A model generated the notes under the pieces. The model was not told the DNA's origin. It worked only from the letters and a program-made list of their open reading frames with translations, and did not search any database. Made by a program: the position numbers and the translations under genes. From a virus (taxonomy: Duplodnaviria > Caudoviricetes): 64,000 nt of DNA. The stretch lies in the IMG/VR virus record IMGVR_UViG_3300029305_005547, positions 96,001-160,000 of that record. One strand, given 5' to 3'. Shown here piece after piece: positions 9,413 through 20,733 of this stretch. The number at the start of each line of letters is the position of its first letter. The first letter of the stretch is position 1.

Positions 9413-12400
9413 GTGAGTCTTAAGTTGGAAAGTACAACAAGAAATTATCGCGATAATTTCGATATAAAAGCCCTTACAACAGATGTACTTATCCCTAAGT
9501 ATTTCCCTGGTCAGGATATATCAACAAGATCATCCGGACTTATTGGACTTACTACAGAGCAGATAGCTACAATATCTGAAGATACTTTTTATACAACTTC
9601 TACGTTGTTAAAAGAGTTTTTTATACAAAAAGCTACATTACCTGAATCAATATATAGTTACGCATCGTTGTTTCAGTTAAGTAATGTATTAGGATCTGCA
9701 TCTAAATGTAGATTTTTACTTGTTCTCGATGAGAATGAACTTAGTAAAGTATTCGAAGAAGCTAATATGTATGCAACTTCAACGACTCAGAATACTATTT
9801 ATCTGAGTAAGAATACTATGATTTATGTAGAAGACATTCCATTTGTGTTTGATTACGATATTGAAATTACTCGTAAAAAGACAAAACTGGCTTCTACAGA
9901 ATATGTTTATGGTGCTAAGTATGTAGTAACAGAGTTTAACAACTCAATTTCTGATATAACGAATCCGTATATCAAGATTAGAAGAACTGTCGATGGTTAT
10001 TTTGCTCTTGAAGTTATTGGACGCCAGTGTATCAGAACAGAAACTACTGAGGCACTTATTGACAACTCAGTTATTAATTATCCTATAATTGATGTAAGAT
10101 TCGATGGAATTCTTGCTGGTTTTGATGCTTGGTATAAACCACCTGGAGCTACCGAATATACACAGTTATTATTAAGAGTTGAAAACTCTTTACCTGAAAA
10201 GGATCCGTTCTGTTATTACAAGATGGCTGATGAAAATGTTCTTAGGCTTTCTTTTAGTTTAAACGATTCATATTTTCAGCCTGAATTTAATTCAGAACTT
10301 AAGATTATTACCTATACTACTATGGGTAAGAATGGTAACTTTAAATCTTACTCTGGTAAGGCAGTTACTATAATTAAAGATTCTGAGACTTATTCATATA
10401 ATGAGTCTTTCATAATTGGAGCTGTTGTTACTTCAGCTGCTGAAGGTGGTCAGGACAATATTAGTATTGAAGATTTGAGAAGACTTACGGCTACTCAATT
10501 TAGTACAGCTTCTGTACTTAGCACAGACCATGACCTTGAGTTGTATTTTGAGAATTACGAAGCTAGAAATGGAAATGTAATTAATTTCATTAAGCGCCGT
10601 GATGATTTAGCAGCTCGTTTGTATACAGGATTTATGGTATGTAAAAATGAAGACTATGTATATCCTACAAATACATTGGATATTTCTATGAATTATAACG
10701 AATGGGAAAATCCTGATGGTGGATATACGTTTACACATGATCCTGGTTTTCTTTATACTTATGAAATGGAATCCGGTTCAAATAATCGTGTTGTTCCGTT
10801 GTATAAAGAAGGATTCAAAGATAATAAAGGTTTTATTAATTTCCAAGGACAAACTGTGTATCAAAACTTGATGAAAGATTATTTTGAATGGTTGAATGAA
10901 ATCAATCCTTCAGTTAATCCTAACTATGATAGAGAAGATCCTGATTGGGAATTAAACTGGATCGCTTCTAAAAGTGAAACAGAAACTTTGAAATATTATA
11001 TCGAGAATGTGGTTATGACTTGTCCTGATTGTGGTTATCAAACCCACAGATATTATGAGGATGAAGAAGGTAATAAACTTTGTCCTTGTTGTCATGGATC
11101 AAGCGAAAGAACTACAGGTAATAATGAGATCAATGATTACGGACTAACTGTTTTTGATTCTGAGGAAATTGAAAGTCGTATTACAAAAGATATGTTTGTA
11201 TATTCAAACCCTTTCCTTATGAGTTTGACAAAACATCCCGGTCTTGTTAATTATTATTTGACGATCATTAATCAAACATCATTACTTGACTTTATTAATT
11301 ATAACATAAATGTACCAACACAGTTCATTATCAGTCAGGCTACAGTTCAAAGACCATTGAGTAAAATGAAAGAATATACTGTATCTTTACGACTTATGGC
11401 ATCCATGCAGTGGAATCCGGAATTACTTATTCCTGGAATTTCAAAAGAAGATTATGTTGGTAAACGTACACAGGTTAAAAATAACTATGTGCGTGTTATG
11501 ATGATTATTCAAGATGGTGGTACTGAAGCGTGCTACCTTGAAATGGTTCCTACATCTTATGACAAAGAACTTGACGTTATTACGTTTGAGTGTAAGTTTA
11601 AGACTAATGACCATGTTACTTTAGGTAATCAAATGCAACTTCAGGATTATACTAATGAGGAGCTTGGGTATATCCCTCATTATGATGAAACTTCTTCTAC
11701 AGAATATACTCTTGAAGAAGAGGAAACAATGAAAGTATTTGTGGAAGAAAGAGAATACATTGAAGATAGTATTGATACAACATCATATGATGTATCTTTA
11801 ATGAGTGAACTTAGTGACGCTACCTTTGACGAAACGGAAGAATCAACAGATGAAGAATCTGGTGATATTTTACCTGATGAAACTCCTATGGTTGATAATT
11901 CTAATACAAGAGGTAATTTCACGTATATCACAAATAAATCTTCAAAACTTATCCCTATGACTGAAGTCGATATTCGTTTTGTGGTTCTTTATAAGGATCC
12001 GGAAGTCGATGAAGAAAAAGGTGAAACACATGTAACCAATAATTATCCTAATTCTGCAGCATTCTTTAGTTTGATAGGTTATGAGTGGACCAACATCTAT
12101 TCTACATTCACAGATAGAGTTGATCTTATCAAACCTTTATCAATGCTTAGAAGTACGATGTATTTTAGAGATGATAGGTTATATAATGTAACGAATGGAG
12201 ATATATATCTTTATTCTTCTCCTATGGTTAAGTATTCACTTATGAATCACTATAATTCAAAAGGAGAACTTACAAAAAATGAATCAGGTAAAACCAATTA
12301 TGAGATGTTTACTTATTTGATAGATCAGTGGTATTCTCAGTATCAGAACTTAGAAGTAGTGCTATCTTCTATTATCTGTCAGGCGTCATATATTGACCTT

Positions 12401-12862
12401 AAATGGTATAATACCTACGGAAGAAGTAAGAACTACATCATTGGTGATGAAGATCAGATCATCGATAGAGTTAATATCTCTATTGCGTTCCATATTTATT
12501 TGGTTGCTGGAACTGATTCTATTAAAGCAAATGATGAATTAAAGACGTTCATTAAAGAAACGATTGAGAGTCTTAACTCAGAAGGAATCAATGAACTTCA
12601 TATTTCTAACATCATGAGAACCATTGAAAACAACTTTGCATATGTTGATCATATTAAGTTTATTGGTATCAATGGCGAAGTTGGTGAAGATGGAAATTAC
12701 AAGAGAACTGAAACTATGGGTTATAGTACAGACTATCAGTCAATTAAGAGTATAACATCTGATATCAATGAACTTAGTAAAGAGGAGCGTTTTTCCTATG
12801 TTCCTGAAATGCTTTGTATTAATAAAGATCAGATTTGTCTCGTTTTCTACGAAGAAAATTAA
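9413..12862 (+). CDS. Large baseplate wedge-like structural protein with Zn-ribbon and acidic insertions
   Basis: 1149 aa, GTG start; GG.D..SIEDLR pattern recalling gp6-like wedges; CPDC...CPCC. Confidence 0.55.
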   Translation: MSLKLESTTRNYRDNFDIKALTTDVLIPKYFPGQDISTRSSGLIGLTTEQIATISEDTFYTTSTLLKEFFIQKATLPESIYSYASLFQLSNVLGSASKCRFLLVLDENELSKVFEEANMYATSTTQNTIYLSKNTMIYVEDIPFVFDYDIEITRKKTKLASTEYVYGAKYVVTEFNNSISDITNPYIKIRRTVDGYFALEVIGRQCIRTETTEALIDNSVINYPIIDVRFDGILAGFDAWYKPPGATEYTQLLLRVENSLPEKDPFCYYKMADENVLRLSFSLNDSYFQPEFNSELKIITYTTMGKNGNFKSYSGKAVTIIKDSETYSYNESFIIGAVVTSAAEGGQDNISIEDLRRLTATQFSTASVLSTDHDLELYFENYEARNGNVINFIKRRDDLAARLYTGFMVCKNEDYVYPTNTLDISMNYNEWENPDGGYTFTHDPGFLYTYEMESGSNNRVVPLYKEGFKDNKGFINFQGQTVYQNLMKDYFEWLNEINPSVNPNYDREDPDWELNWIASKSETETLKYYIENVVMTCPDCGYQTHRYYEDEEGNKLCPCCHGSSERTTGNNEINDYGLTVFDSEEIESRITKDMFVYSNPFLMSLTKHPGLVNYYLTIINQTSLLDFINYNINVPTQFIISQATVQRPLSKMKEYTVSLRLMASMQWNPELLIPGISKEDYVGKRTQVKNNYVRVMMIIQDGGTEACYLEMVPTSYDKELDVITFECKFKTNDHVTLGNQMQLQDYTNEELGYIPHYDETSSTEYTLEEEETMKVFVEEREYIEDSIDTTSYDVSLMSELSDATFDETEESTDEESGDILPDETPMVDNSNTRGNFTYITNKSSKLIPMTEVDIRFVVLYKDPEVDEEKGETHVTNNYPNSAAFFSLIGYEWTNIYSTFTDRVDLIKPLSMLRSTMYFRDDRLYNVTNGDIYLYSSPMVKYSLMNHYNSKGELTKNESGKTNYEMFTYLIDQWYSQYQNLEVVLSSIICQASYIDLKWYNTYGRSKNYIIGDEDQIIDRVNISIAFHIYLVAGTDSIKANDELKTFIKETIESLNSEGINELHISNIMRTIENNFAYVDHIKFIGINGEVGEDGNYKRTETMGYSTDYQSIKSITSDINELSKEERFSYVPEMLCINKDQICLVFYEEN

Positions 12863-12883
12863 AAAAGAAGACCAGTGTGTTTT

Positions 12884-13969
12884 TCACACTGGTCTTCCTG
12901 TTTTTGAATCTGTATAGGTAATTTCTTCAACCTCTGGGCTATCAATCTTTAACGATAGTGTATAAATACATAACCAATCATTAGTAATAAGTATTTTGTC
13001 TACTTTAAGGAAGTTAATAGGTATGCCGAAATTTTTAAACTTGGTATTAGCCTCCAATTCCTTCACTATATATGCATCGTATTCTTTCTTGTGCTTCTTA
13101 AAATCTTCTCTGAATTTTCTAATATCATTATCAAACCCAGAGGAGATCACTGATAATTCTATAGTAATATAATCAAAGGTTTTCCGGCGATTGTTGTGGG
13201 CAAACTTTTCAAATGAAATCTTTATTTTCGGCATAATAGGAAGATCTAAATCTATGCTGTTATAATTCCTTTGAATAATAATTTCATTCCTATGATTATA
13301 CTTATCCCGAAGTTCGCTTGGATGTTGCCCCTCTTTTAATTCATTGATTATGTCTGTCATCATCGCTAAAGGTTTTAATTTCTTTGTCGTCATCATTCCG
13401 GTAATAGATTTTTCAAATCCTACGAAGTTATACACACAAATATATGCATCACTGAGGTTATTTTCGTATTTTTGATGAAGTCTATTTACAAACATTTGAT
13501 ATGGTTTCATAACCCGTTCTCTGTATAAAACATTCGTGCTGAAATGTACCTCATACGCAAATTCATATTCACTTACAATCCCTGTATTTTTATTAATCGT
13601 TTTTATACTAAACGAAAATACATGATTTATTTTAGTTCCGATAAATATTGATGTATCAGATGATGTTAATGGTTTGTAATATACACGATCATCATAATAT
13701 CCATTGCCTGAACGATAATACATATCGGAAATATATCTTGGACTATTACGGCTAATATCTATAAATCCGGTATCCAAATAATTAGTGATACCTTCAGTGA
13801 AATTTCCGAAATCTTTCGATACAGGCATCGATAAAATGATTTCGTGTTTAAAATCAACATCACTTATGGAATTAAACAAATTAAATTCGCTCAAATCTTT
13901 CAGAGTTAATTCTATAGTTTTCATTAGTATCATCCTCTCTACTTGTCTTCTTCTGGTGTATAGCCACAT
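12884..13969 (-). CDS. Hypothetical protein (true start probably nearer 13931)
   Basis: Long ORF in a minus-strand operon. Confidence 0.65.
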   Translation of the reverse strand: MWLYTRRRQVERMILMKTIELTLKDLSEFNLFNSISDVDFKHEIILSMPVSKDFGNFTEGITNYLDTGFIDISRNSPRYISDMYYRSGNGYYDDRVYYKPLTSSDTSIFIGTKINHVFSFSIKTINKNTGIVSEYEFAYEVHFSTNVLYRERVMKPYQMFVNRLHQKYENNLSDAYICVYNFVGFEKSITGMMTTKKLKPLAMMTDIINELKEGQHPSELRDKYNHRNEIIIQRNYNSIDLDLPIMPKIKISFEKFAHNNRRKTFDYITIELSVISSGFDNDIRKFREDFKKHKKEYDAYIVKELEANTKFKNFGIPINFLKVDKILITNDWLCIYTLSLKIDSPEVEEITYTDSKTGRPV

Positions 13970-14943
13970 TCTTTATACATAGTTCTAAACGAATTTCCAA
14001 CACCACTTTGTAATCTGTATACTATGTCAAATAATGGTGTATCATTAGCCTTTGCTAATGTGGTAAGATTAATTTTTTGTATATAGAACTTGTACCATAC
14101 ATTTGTAACATGCTGGTACTGGTGCTGAATTTTATTTAGAAACTCTTCTAGTTTAGACTTATCAATCATAAGTTCTAAAGATTCTGGTGTTGTTATTGTT
14201 ATTATTTCAGCATTCGCATCATTTAACATCTGTACTACTTCCGGATAAGTAATATCCATTTTAAACATCTTATACCATTCAAACACCAAGTTATAAGGAA
14301 ATTCGGTATTAGTCAAAGGTACTCCGGAAAAGAGTAATGATGAACTTAATCTATTTAGAATTTTCTCCATTTCGGAACCCTTGAATTTATTCATCTCGAA
14401 AATATGATATAATCTTGATGACTTATCCATCAGCATTTTTCTAGGGTATACTCTTACAACATGATGTTGCACTGAGTTAAGATAATAGTCATTATTATCA
14501 AAATACCATTTTTCAACATCTGAAAACGATGACAAATTTTCCAGACCGTGTAACTCTAGTAACGAAATCTTGTACTTTGAAAAATCGTCCCATGATCCTA
14601 CTAAGTCACTTAGATATTCAAACTCATCCCTGCTCTCAGTATTCTCAAAATACTTATGAGGATTCATGAATACATCTTTTATACCTAACACCACCATTAA
14701 ATAGTTTCTTCTTGAATCAAAAACATAACTATCAAATTCATCAATCTCTCTTCCTGTCAATTTCCAATCAGTCAAACTAATCACATGATCAACGAAATCT
14801 TGGACTGTTATAATATCATTTTTCTTCATAAAAGGGATTACATGTTTGGAAATATCACATATAATCAAAATTTTTTCAGATCCTTTTACATAACGATCTA
14901 ATGGTTTTGAATAATATTCTTTCAATTTACATTTAATTGCCAT
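13939..14943 (-). CDS. Hypothetical protein
   Basis: AAGGAG RBS, 334 aa. Confidence 0.7.
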   Translation of the reverse strand: MAIKCKLKEYYSKPLDRYVKGSEKILIICDISKHVIPFMKKNDIITVQDFVDHVISLTDWKLTGREIDEFDSYVFDSRRNYLMVVLGIKDVFMNPHKYFENTESRDEFEYLSDLVGSWDDFSKYKISLLELHGLENLSSFSDVEKWYFDNNDYYLNSVQHHVVRVYPRKMLMDKSSRLYHIFEMNKFKGSEMEKILNRLSSSLLFSGVPLTNTEFPYNLVFEWYKMFKMDITYPEVVQMLNDANAEIITITTPESLELMIDKSKLEEFLNKIQHQYQHVTNVWYKFYIQKINLTTLAKANDTPLFDIVYRLQSGVGNSFRTMYKECGYTPEEDK

Positions 14944-14994
14944 AAGTCATTCTCCTTTAAAAATAATGAGGGTGATATTTTATCACCCTCATTA

Positions 14995-16056
14995 TTACAT
15001 GATTATTGTTTTACCTTTAAAAGGTTTATCTTTATTTTTGTTATATGACTCGATATAAATAGTTTTACCAGTCTTTTTATAATGTCTGAAATGTCCTGTA
15101 ACAGAATATTGATATTCACAAGGTCTTCTAGCACGTCTTTGAAACGTTTCATAAGATTTTCTGTCACTAAATTTAATAACCATATCATCTATAGTAATAA
15201 CCTTTCTATCATCAGTTTTAGTAACAGGTTTTTGTTCTCGTGAACTAAGATTAGATAATCTTTTTAAACTATTATGAGAAGACACCTTTATTGTCGGTCG
15301 TGTAGCAAGTTGACACTGGATCTCATAATTAATAGCAATGCAAAATAATGCTATAGAATTAACATTGAATAATAGGTCACCTATATGATCTGCTGCATAT
15401 TTAAAAATATCTTGTTTATATTCATTTCTCATTTTGTCTATCATCTGTAATTGACTTTCAATACTTGACATAGTCCAAATACTACTATCAATGAAAAACG
15501 GTATATAGATATGCTGAAGGATTTCCATTGTTATAGGTATATGAGAATCATCTAAACCAGCAGATAAATATGGTTTTGATATAATCTCAACGTCTAAAAT
15601 TTCAGGATCGACAAATATTGTAGTATAATCAGCTTTACCTAAACCATAACCTGGTTCAAACGAATATATGTCAATAACCGCTAAATTATTTTCTTTCGGA
15701 TCACTGTTACGTATATGAACCCACCAACTCGTTCCGGATTGCTGTTTATTAGGAATTCTTATAATAAATTCCTCAAAAATGAATGAGAATGGTAGTTTTA
15801 AATCTGAATAGGATTTGAATATATTTTTGGCATATTTTACCATTCTATCACAATTAAAACTATCAATTAGTTCAATACGATTTCGTTGTTTTATTTCTTT
15901 GAATGATAGATGATGAATAGACTCAAAATCATCCATATCATCGTAATTAATATATTTACTAGGTATTCGTGTTGACGAATGCATAGTTTTGAGAGATTGT
16001 GTAATCTCTTGAGTTAAATAACTATTAAAATCGAAATTCTTCATAAAATCAAACAT
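14995..16056 (-). CDS. Hypothetical phage protein with C-terminal VxGHFRHY motif
   Basis: AGGAGG RBS; early-type promoter; VTGHFRHYKKTGKTIYIESY tail. Confidence 0.7.
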   Translation of the reverse strand: MFDFMKNFDFNSYLTQEITQSLKTMHSSTRIPSKYINYDDMDDFESIHHLSFKEIKQRNRIELIDSFNCDRMVKYAKNIFKSYSDLKLPFSFIFEEFIIRIPNKQQSGTSWWVHIRNSDPKENNLAVIDIYSFEPGYGLGKADYTTIFVDPEILDVEIISKPYLSAGLDDSHIPITMEILQHIYIPFFIDSSIWTMSSIESQLQMIDKMRNEYKQDIFKYAADHIGDLLFNVNSIALFCIAINYEIQCQLATRPTIKVSSHNSLKRLSNLSSREQKPVTKTDDRKVITIDDMVIKFSDRKSYETFQRRARRPCEYQYSVTGHFRHYKKTGKTIYIESYNKNKDKPFKGKTIIM

Positions 16057-16281
16057 GGTATAGCCCTCCTTGGTATTTTCATATATTCTATATAAATAAT
16101 ATATCTTTCAAAATACAGATTTTATCAGGTGTCTTGGGGTCATGGTGAAGTTCTTCCAATGTTCATTGTAATTTTTGATAATAAGTATCTCTAGTAGAAA
16201 TTGATCTATTAGAGATATTTATTTATTCCACATTATAATAAAAATCAAGTTATTTTTAAATGTATCAAAAGAGAGGTTACA

Positions 16282-16464
16282 GTGATGGTATTATCTGAAA
16301 AGAGTGCTGCTAGTCAGTATAGTGGATACTTAGAAAATCTTTGTAATCCATTTTTCTTATCTAAAGCAGCATTAAAAACAATGGAACGAAAACCATACCA
16401 TTTAGATAACGGTAGAAACCTTATCAAAGAGTATGAAGAACTTCTTAAAAAGAAAGGACGGTAA
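16282..16464 (+). CDS. Small hypothetical protein
   Basis: GAGG RBS and CACA-N6-TAAA promoter; precedes the lysin. Confidence 0.55.
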   Translation: MMVLSEKSAASQYSGYLENLCNPFFLSKAALKTMERKPYHLDNGRNLIKEYEELLKKKGR

Positions 16465-16470
16465 ACAATA

Positions 16471-17412
16471 ATGGCAAATGTTGTTTCACAGAACCAGGTT
16501 GTTGATTGGTTTGAAAAACTGTATGCTACGGGAGCTGTTTATGTTTGGGGTGCTAATGGTGATAATATCACTAAGACCTTAATGGATAAGCTCTATGCAT
16601 GTTATGGATCAGCAACCTATAACAAAGACTATTATAATGCTAAATTAGCAGAAGGAAAAGGAAAAATTGGAGCAGACTGCTCTGGTGCGTTCTTTAAATT
16701 ATCCGGTGTTGATAGAACAGCTAAAGGATACTACAAGAACTGTACTAAGACTGGAAGAATTGCTTCTATTCCTAAGGACAAAGTATGTCTTGTATTTAAC
16801 AAGAATTTGACACATGTTGGTTGTTATCTCGGTAATGGATATACTATTGAGATGAGAAGTTCTAAGCTCAATGTATATAAAGAGAAACTTAAAACAAGCA
16901 GATGGTATTACTTTGGTTTGGCAGATTTCATCGATTATTCAACTCCTGTTGAAACTCTTGAAACTGAAATTGCTGCAGCTAATGTAGTTATTTGTGAATA
17001 TCAGAAATGGGTCAATTCTATTCTTGACGGTTCCGATATCAATGCTGATGGTGTTTGGGGACCTAAGACAAAGAAACAGACAGTAAGACTGCTTCAGCAT
17101 ATCTTTAATACATACTATGGTACTAAGCTTGTTGAAGATGGTTCTTATGGACCTAAAACAAAGAAAGCTTGCCCTGGTTATTCTGTATTGAAGAAAAATG
17201 CAGAGGCATTTGAAATGATTACATACATCGTTCATGTATATTTATATGCTGTATGTAAATATGAGATGGAAGGTATTATTAACGTAACCAAGGTATCTAA
17301 AACATATAACGACTATACTAAGTTGTATGTATCCGAATACCAGAATGATACACGTGGACTTAAAGTTGATGGACTTGCAGGTCCTGCTACATTGTATCAG
17401 ATGTTTAAATAA
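16471..17412 (+). CDS. Peptidoglycan hydrolase: NlpC/P60-type catalytic domain plus peptidoglycan-binding repeats
   Basis: YVWGA...GADCSG...HVGCY; DGVWGPKT, DGSYGPKT and DGLAGPAT repeats. Confidence 0.85.
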   Translation: MANVVSQNQVVDWFEKLYATGAVYVWGANGDNITKTLMDKLYACYGSATYNKDYYNAKLAEGKGKIGADCSGAFFKLSGVDRTAKGYYKNCTKTGRIASIPKDKVCLVFNKNLTHVGCYLGNGYTIEMRSSKLNVYKEKLKTSRWYYFGLADFIDYSTPVETLETEIAAANVVICEYQKWVNSILDGSDINADGVWGPKTKKQTVRLLQHIFNTYYGTKLVEDGSYGPKTKKACPGYSVLKKNAEAFEMITYIVHVYLYAVCKYEMEGIINVTKVSKTYNDYTKLYVSEYQNDTRGLKVDGLAGPATLYQMFK

Positions 17413-17476
17413 CTTGATTTTTTGAGTAAGGTATGATTAAGTTCATACCTTACTTTTTATTATTAAAACAAACTTA

Positions 17477-17681
17477 TAAGTAATTAGAAAGCTGCAGTAT
17501 TTCTTTTGCAATACGGACACGTTTTGTTATGTATGGGTAACACCTCCTGTATGATTATGTATAGATGCGGATTGTAATCTTTTCGAGATTACTTTATGAA
17601 AATTCCAATGTTAACTCCTTTCTGGGTATTTCTAATTACTTGGGCAAAAGATTCCCTAGGTGGATTATCCACCTAGGGAAT
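17477..17681 (+). ncRNA. Candidate structured small RNA
   Basis: AACA-N6-TAAG promoter, 13-bp closing stem 17478-17490/17629-17641, strong terminator 17651-17681, no credible ORF. Confidence 0.4.
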
Positions 17682-17687
17682 TTATTT

Positions 17688-20270
17688 TTAATTATATTTA
17701 AGTTCAATAAAATTAGCCATTCTATGATCTTCAGGTTTTTTATTTATTACAGATATTACATCTACTGGATACATTGAGAACATGTTATTATGTGATATAC
17801 AGAAAATTTGTTCTGCCTCAATTAGTTCTCTTAACTTTTCAATTAATGCTATGAAATGAGATCTATTGGATTCATCCAATACAGAATCCAATTCATCAAG
17901 TAGCATGATATTATATCTACTCATACTTTCAAATGAAATTGCAAATGATAATGCAATAGAGAAGAATGATCTTTCTCCTTGAGACGCATATCTGATATCC
18001 TGAATAGATTTTCCTTCTTTGTTAAAAGGAATTGTAAAACTATCATCTTTAATATCAAATTTTTCTACAAATATTTTACCTCCATAAATTTGATCGAGTA
18101 AAGCATTAACTACAGCTTTTGCTTTCTTAAGATAAAGATCAATGAATATAAGAGGAATTCCTGTATTTGATGATAATGATTCTTTAAGTACAACCCAATC
18201 ATCATAAAATTTTTGATATACTGATAATTCTTGTCTATATTGTTTTAATTGCTCAATATTGTGAGAAAGTTTTGAAATAAGATTCTGTAATCTAACTTTC
18301 TCGTTTTTATAAGAATTAAGAATATTTTCTTCCTTGAATTTAGTTTCAAGCAATTCCTGCTTTAATGAAACCTGCTTCTTAGATGATTCATAAGTTTCTT
18401 CAAGTTCTTGTTTCTTTTCAACGATTTCCATTAATGATTTTACATCATCTAATGTAGCTTCATCCCTTCGTATATTTCCTTCAAGAACTCTTATTTCTTC
18501 TTTCGTTTCAGCTAATTTATTAATATAATCTTCTAAAGATTTTTCAGCTTCATTTAAATGAACCTGCAGTAATGTAATTGGTGATGTTTTTAAAAGGTTT
18601 TTAAGTTCCTTCTTTTTAACTTCTAAGGTTTCTTTCATTTCTTTGAAATTTTCATATTCAGTAATAAAAGATAATTCATCAAAAAATATTTTTTGATCAT
18701 AAATAAATTCGGTGGATCTAATTTTATGAAATAACACATCAGTTTTAAATCCAGTTTTAATATGATCTGGCATTCGTTCAAATAAATCTCTTTTATCTGA
18801 AAATGACAACATCACATTTTTTATATTTGTATATGCTAATGACATATACGAATAGAATTCTCTTCCTATGCTGTCGTGATCTTTAACTGAAGATGATAGT
18901 GAATTTAACGTATCCCACAGTTCTATAAAAGAACAACTTTTAGGACATCCTTTAGGGACAGTTGGATTATATTGTAACAAAAGTCTATTTAATAAACTTC
19001 TTCCACTTTCTATTTCTTCATCTTCAATTACTCTCTTTAAATGATCTTGAATATAAACAGGTACATTTACACCTTTCATCATAAGATCAACTACACGTTT
19101 AATAGGTTCTATACCAAATTCATATGTTGAATTTAAAGCTTCCTGTTTTTCTTTAAGGAAAGATAAAACTTCTTCAACATCTTTTTTTGTGTAATTAATT
19201 TCTTCTATTTTATTATATTTACCTTCTTCATTCTTTATCTGAATCTCTAATGTTTGAATTAATCCTTTCAAACCTTCAAGATCAGATTCGGACATGATAT
19301 GATCGATTTTCACCTTAGTAGAATCTATTTCATTTCGTTTTTCATCAATAGATTCTAAATATATACCAAGGTTTTCTGTAAGGGTTTTCTTCTTTTCCCT
19401 TCCTGATATTATTGATGTTTCTAAGGTTTTTTCTTTTAATTTTAATGATTCTAAAGTTTCAAATGAACCATCAGAACCCTTCATCAATTTATTCAATTTC
19501 TTTTCAGCATCTCTCATAGTTTCAACTATATCCGAAGGAATCTGAGATAACTGATAAGTTGTTTTTCCTATACTGTCTGATATAGAAATAATAGAAGATT
19601 CAATTGCATCAAGTTCTTCTTTTCTTGTTTTAAGTTCATCTTTGGCATCATCGAAGTCTTCTATTTCAGTTTTCTTTATTTTATCCATAACCATAGAAAT
19701 CATGGTTTTTAATGCATTAAGTTCTGAATTAATTTTCTTATAATGAAGCAAATACACATTTACTTCTTCAAGACGTTTAGACATAAAGGTTTTTCTTTCA
19801 GCACTCTTTAAGTCTATCATATTAATTACATTATTTCCAAGTCTTATAAGTTTCATATAATCTTGGTCCATATCAAGTTCAATTTTTACCATCTCTTTAA
19901 AAGATGTCACATTACCGTTTGGATTTAGTTCTTCTCCATTTTTCTTAATATAACTTTTTACAGTATGTGAAGTCTTCGATGGCGTATAGAAATGGTCAAT
20001 CTCATATTCATTACCATCATCAAGGATAATAATCTTTTTATGACCTGTTTTTTCTTTTATTATAAGAGGTAATGCATCTCTCTCATCTAAAGTACCCAAT
20101 GTTGCAAATGGATTTAACTGCGAAAGTAATACAGTTTTTCCATGACCATTGGGTCCTGTTATCAAACAAATATTATTTTTTGAACTTCTTAAATCGAGTT
20201 TGATGTAATTAGTATGCATAGCTACTAATACACCCTCGAAGTTCTCTAAAACTAATTCTAAAATTTTCAT
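17688..20270 (-). CDS. SbcC/Rad50-like SMC ATPase
   Basis: Walker A GPNGHGKT, long coiled coil, central CPKSC hook, SQGE signature, LLDELD Walker B, ISH. Confidence 0.92.
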   Translation of the reverse strand: MKILELVLENFEGVLVAMHTNYIKLDLRSSKNNICLITGPNGHGKTVLLSQLNPFATLGTLDERDALPLIIKEKTGHKKIIILDDGNEYEIDHFYTPSKTSHTVKSYIKKNGEELNPNGNVTSFKEMVKIELDMDQDYMKLIRLGNNVINMIDLKSAERKTFMSKRLEEVNVYLLHYKKINSELNALKTMISMVMDKIKKTEIEDFDDAKDELKTRKEELDAIESSIISISDSIGKTTYQLSQIPSDIVETMRDAEKKLNKLMKGSDGSFETLESLKLKEKTLETSIISGREKKKTLTENLGIYLESIDEKRNEIDSTKVKIDHIMSESDLEGLKGLIQTLEIQIKNEEGKYNKIEEINYTKKDVEEVLSFLKEKQEALNSTYEFGIEPIKRVVDLMMKGVNVPVYIQDHLKRVIEDEEIESGRSLLNRLLLQYNPTVPKGCPKSCSFIELWDTLNSLSSSVKDHDSIGREFYSYMSLAYTNIKNVMLSFSDKRDLFERMPDHIKTGFKTDVLFHKIRSTEFIYDQKIFFDELSFITEYENFKEMKETLEVKKKELKNLLKTSPITLLQVHLNEAEKSLEDYINKLAETKEEIRVLEGNIRRDEATLDDVKSLMEIVEKKQELEETYESSKKQVSLKQELLETKFKEENILNSYKNEKVRLQNLISKLSHNIEQLKQYRQELSVYQKFYDDWVVLKESLSSNTGIPLIFIDLYLKKAKAVVNALLDQIYGGKIFVEKFDIKDDSFTIPFNKEGKSIQDIRYASQGERSFFSIALSFAISFESMSRYNIMLLDELDSVLDESNRSHFIALIEKLRELIEAEQIFCISHNNMFSMYPVDVISVINKKPEDHRMANFIELKYN

Positions 20271-20332
20271 AGTTAACTTCCTTTCAGTTACTTAATTTTT
20301 TGTCAAAAGGAAAATAAGAAGATAGAGTATAA

Positions 20333-20722
20333 CTACTCTATCTTCTCATAGAAATTTTTAGCATCTTTTATCTTCTCGTATTCAACATGTTTATCAATCT
20401 TCGAAGAATCTTTACAACAGCAATGACACATATAATTACATTCAGTAGTATCTTCGTTGCACTGAATAATTCCTTCATTCACTGCTATGTAATTATTCAC
20501 GATCGTTTTAAACATCTTATGAAGACAAACTATATCATTTGAAAAATAAAATATTGAATCACTTTTGCAATCAAGAAGTCTACCATAATATCTAAACCGT
20601 GATCGTAAATCTTTACTGATTTTGGATTCATCATCTTTTGGATCATTAACTAATAAATGAACAGGAGTATGTTCAATTGATCCTCTGTAACCACGATACT
20701 CTTTAAAATATCCGATAATCAT
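20333..20722 (-). CDS. Hypothetical protein, weak HicB-like N-terminus
   Basis: YRGYRGSIE...YYGRLL pattern; GAGGTG RBS. Confidence 0.5.
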   Translation of the reverse strand: MIIGYFKEYRGYRGSIEHTPVHLLVNDPKDDESKISKDLRSRFRYYGRLLDCKSDSIFYFSNDIVCLHKMFKTIVNNYIAVNEGIIQCNEDTTECNYMCHCCCKDSSKIDKHVEYEKIKDAKNFYEKIE

Positions 20723-20733
20723 AATTCACCTCA

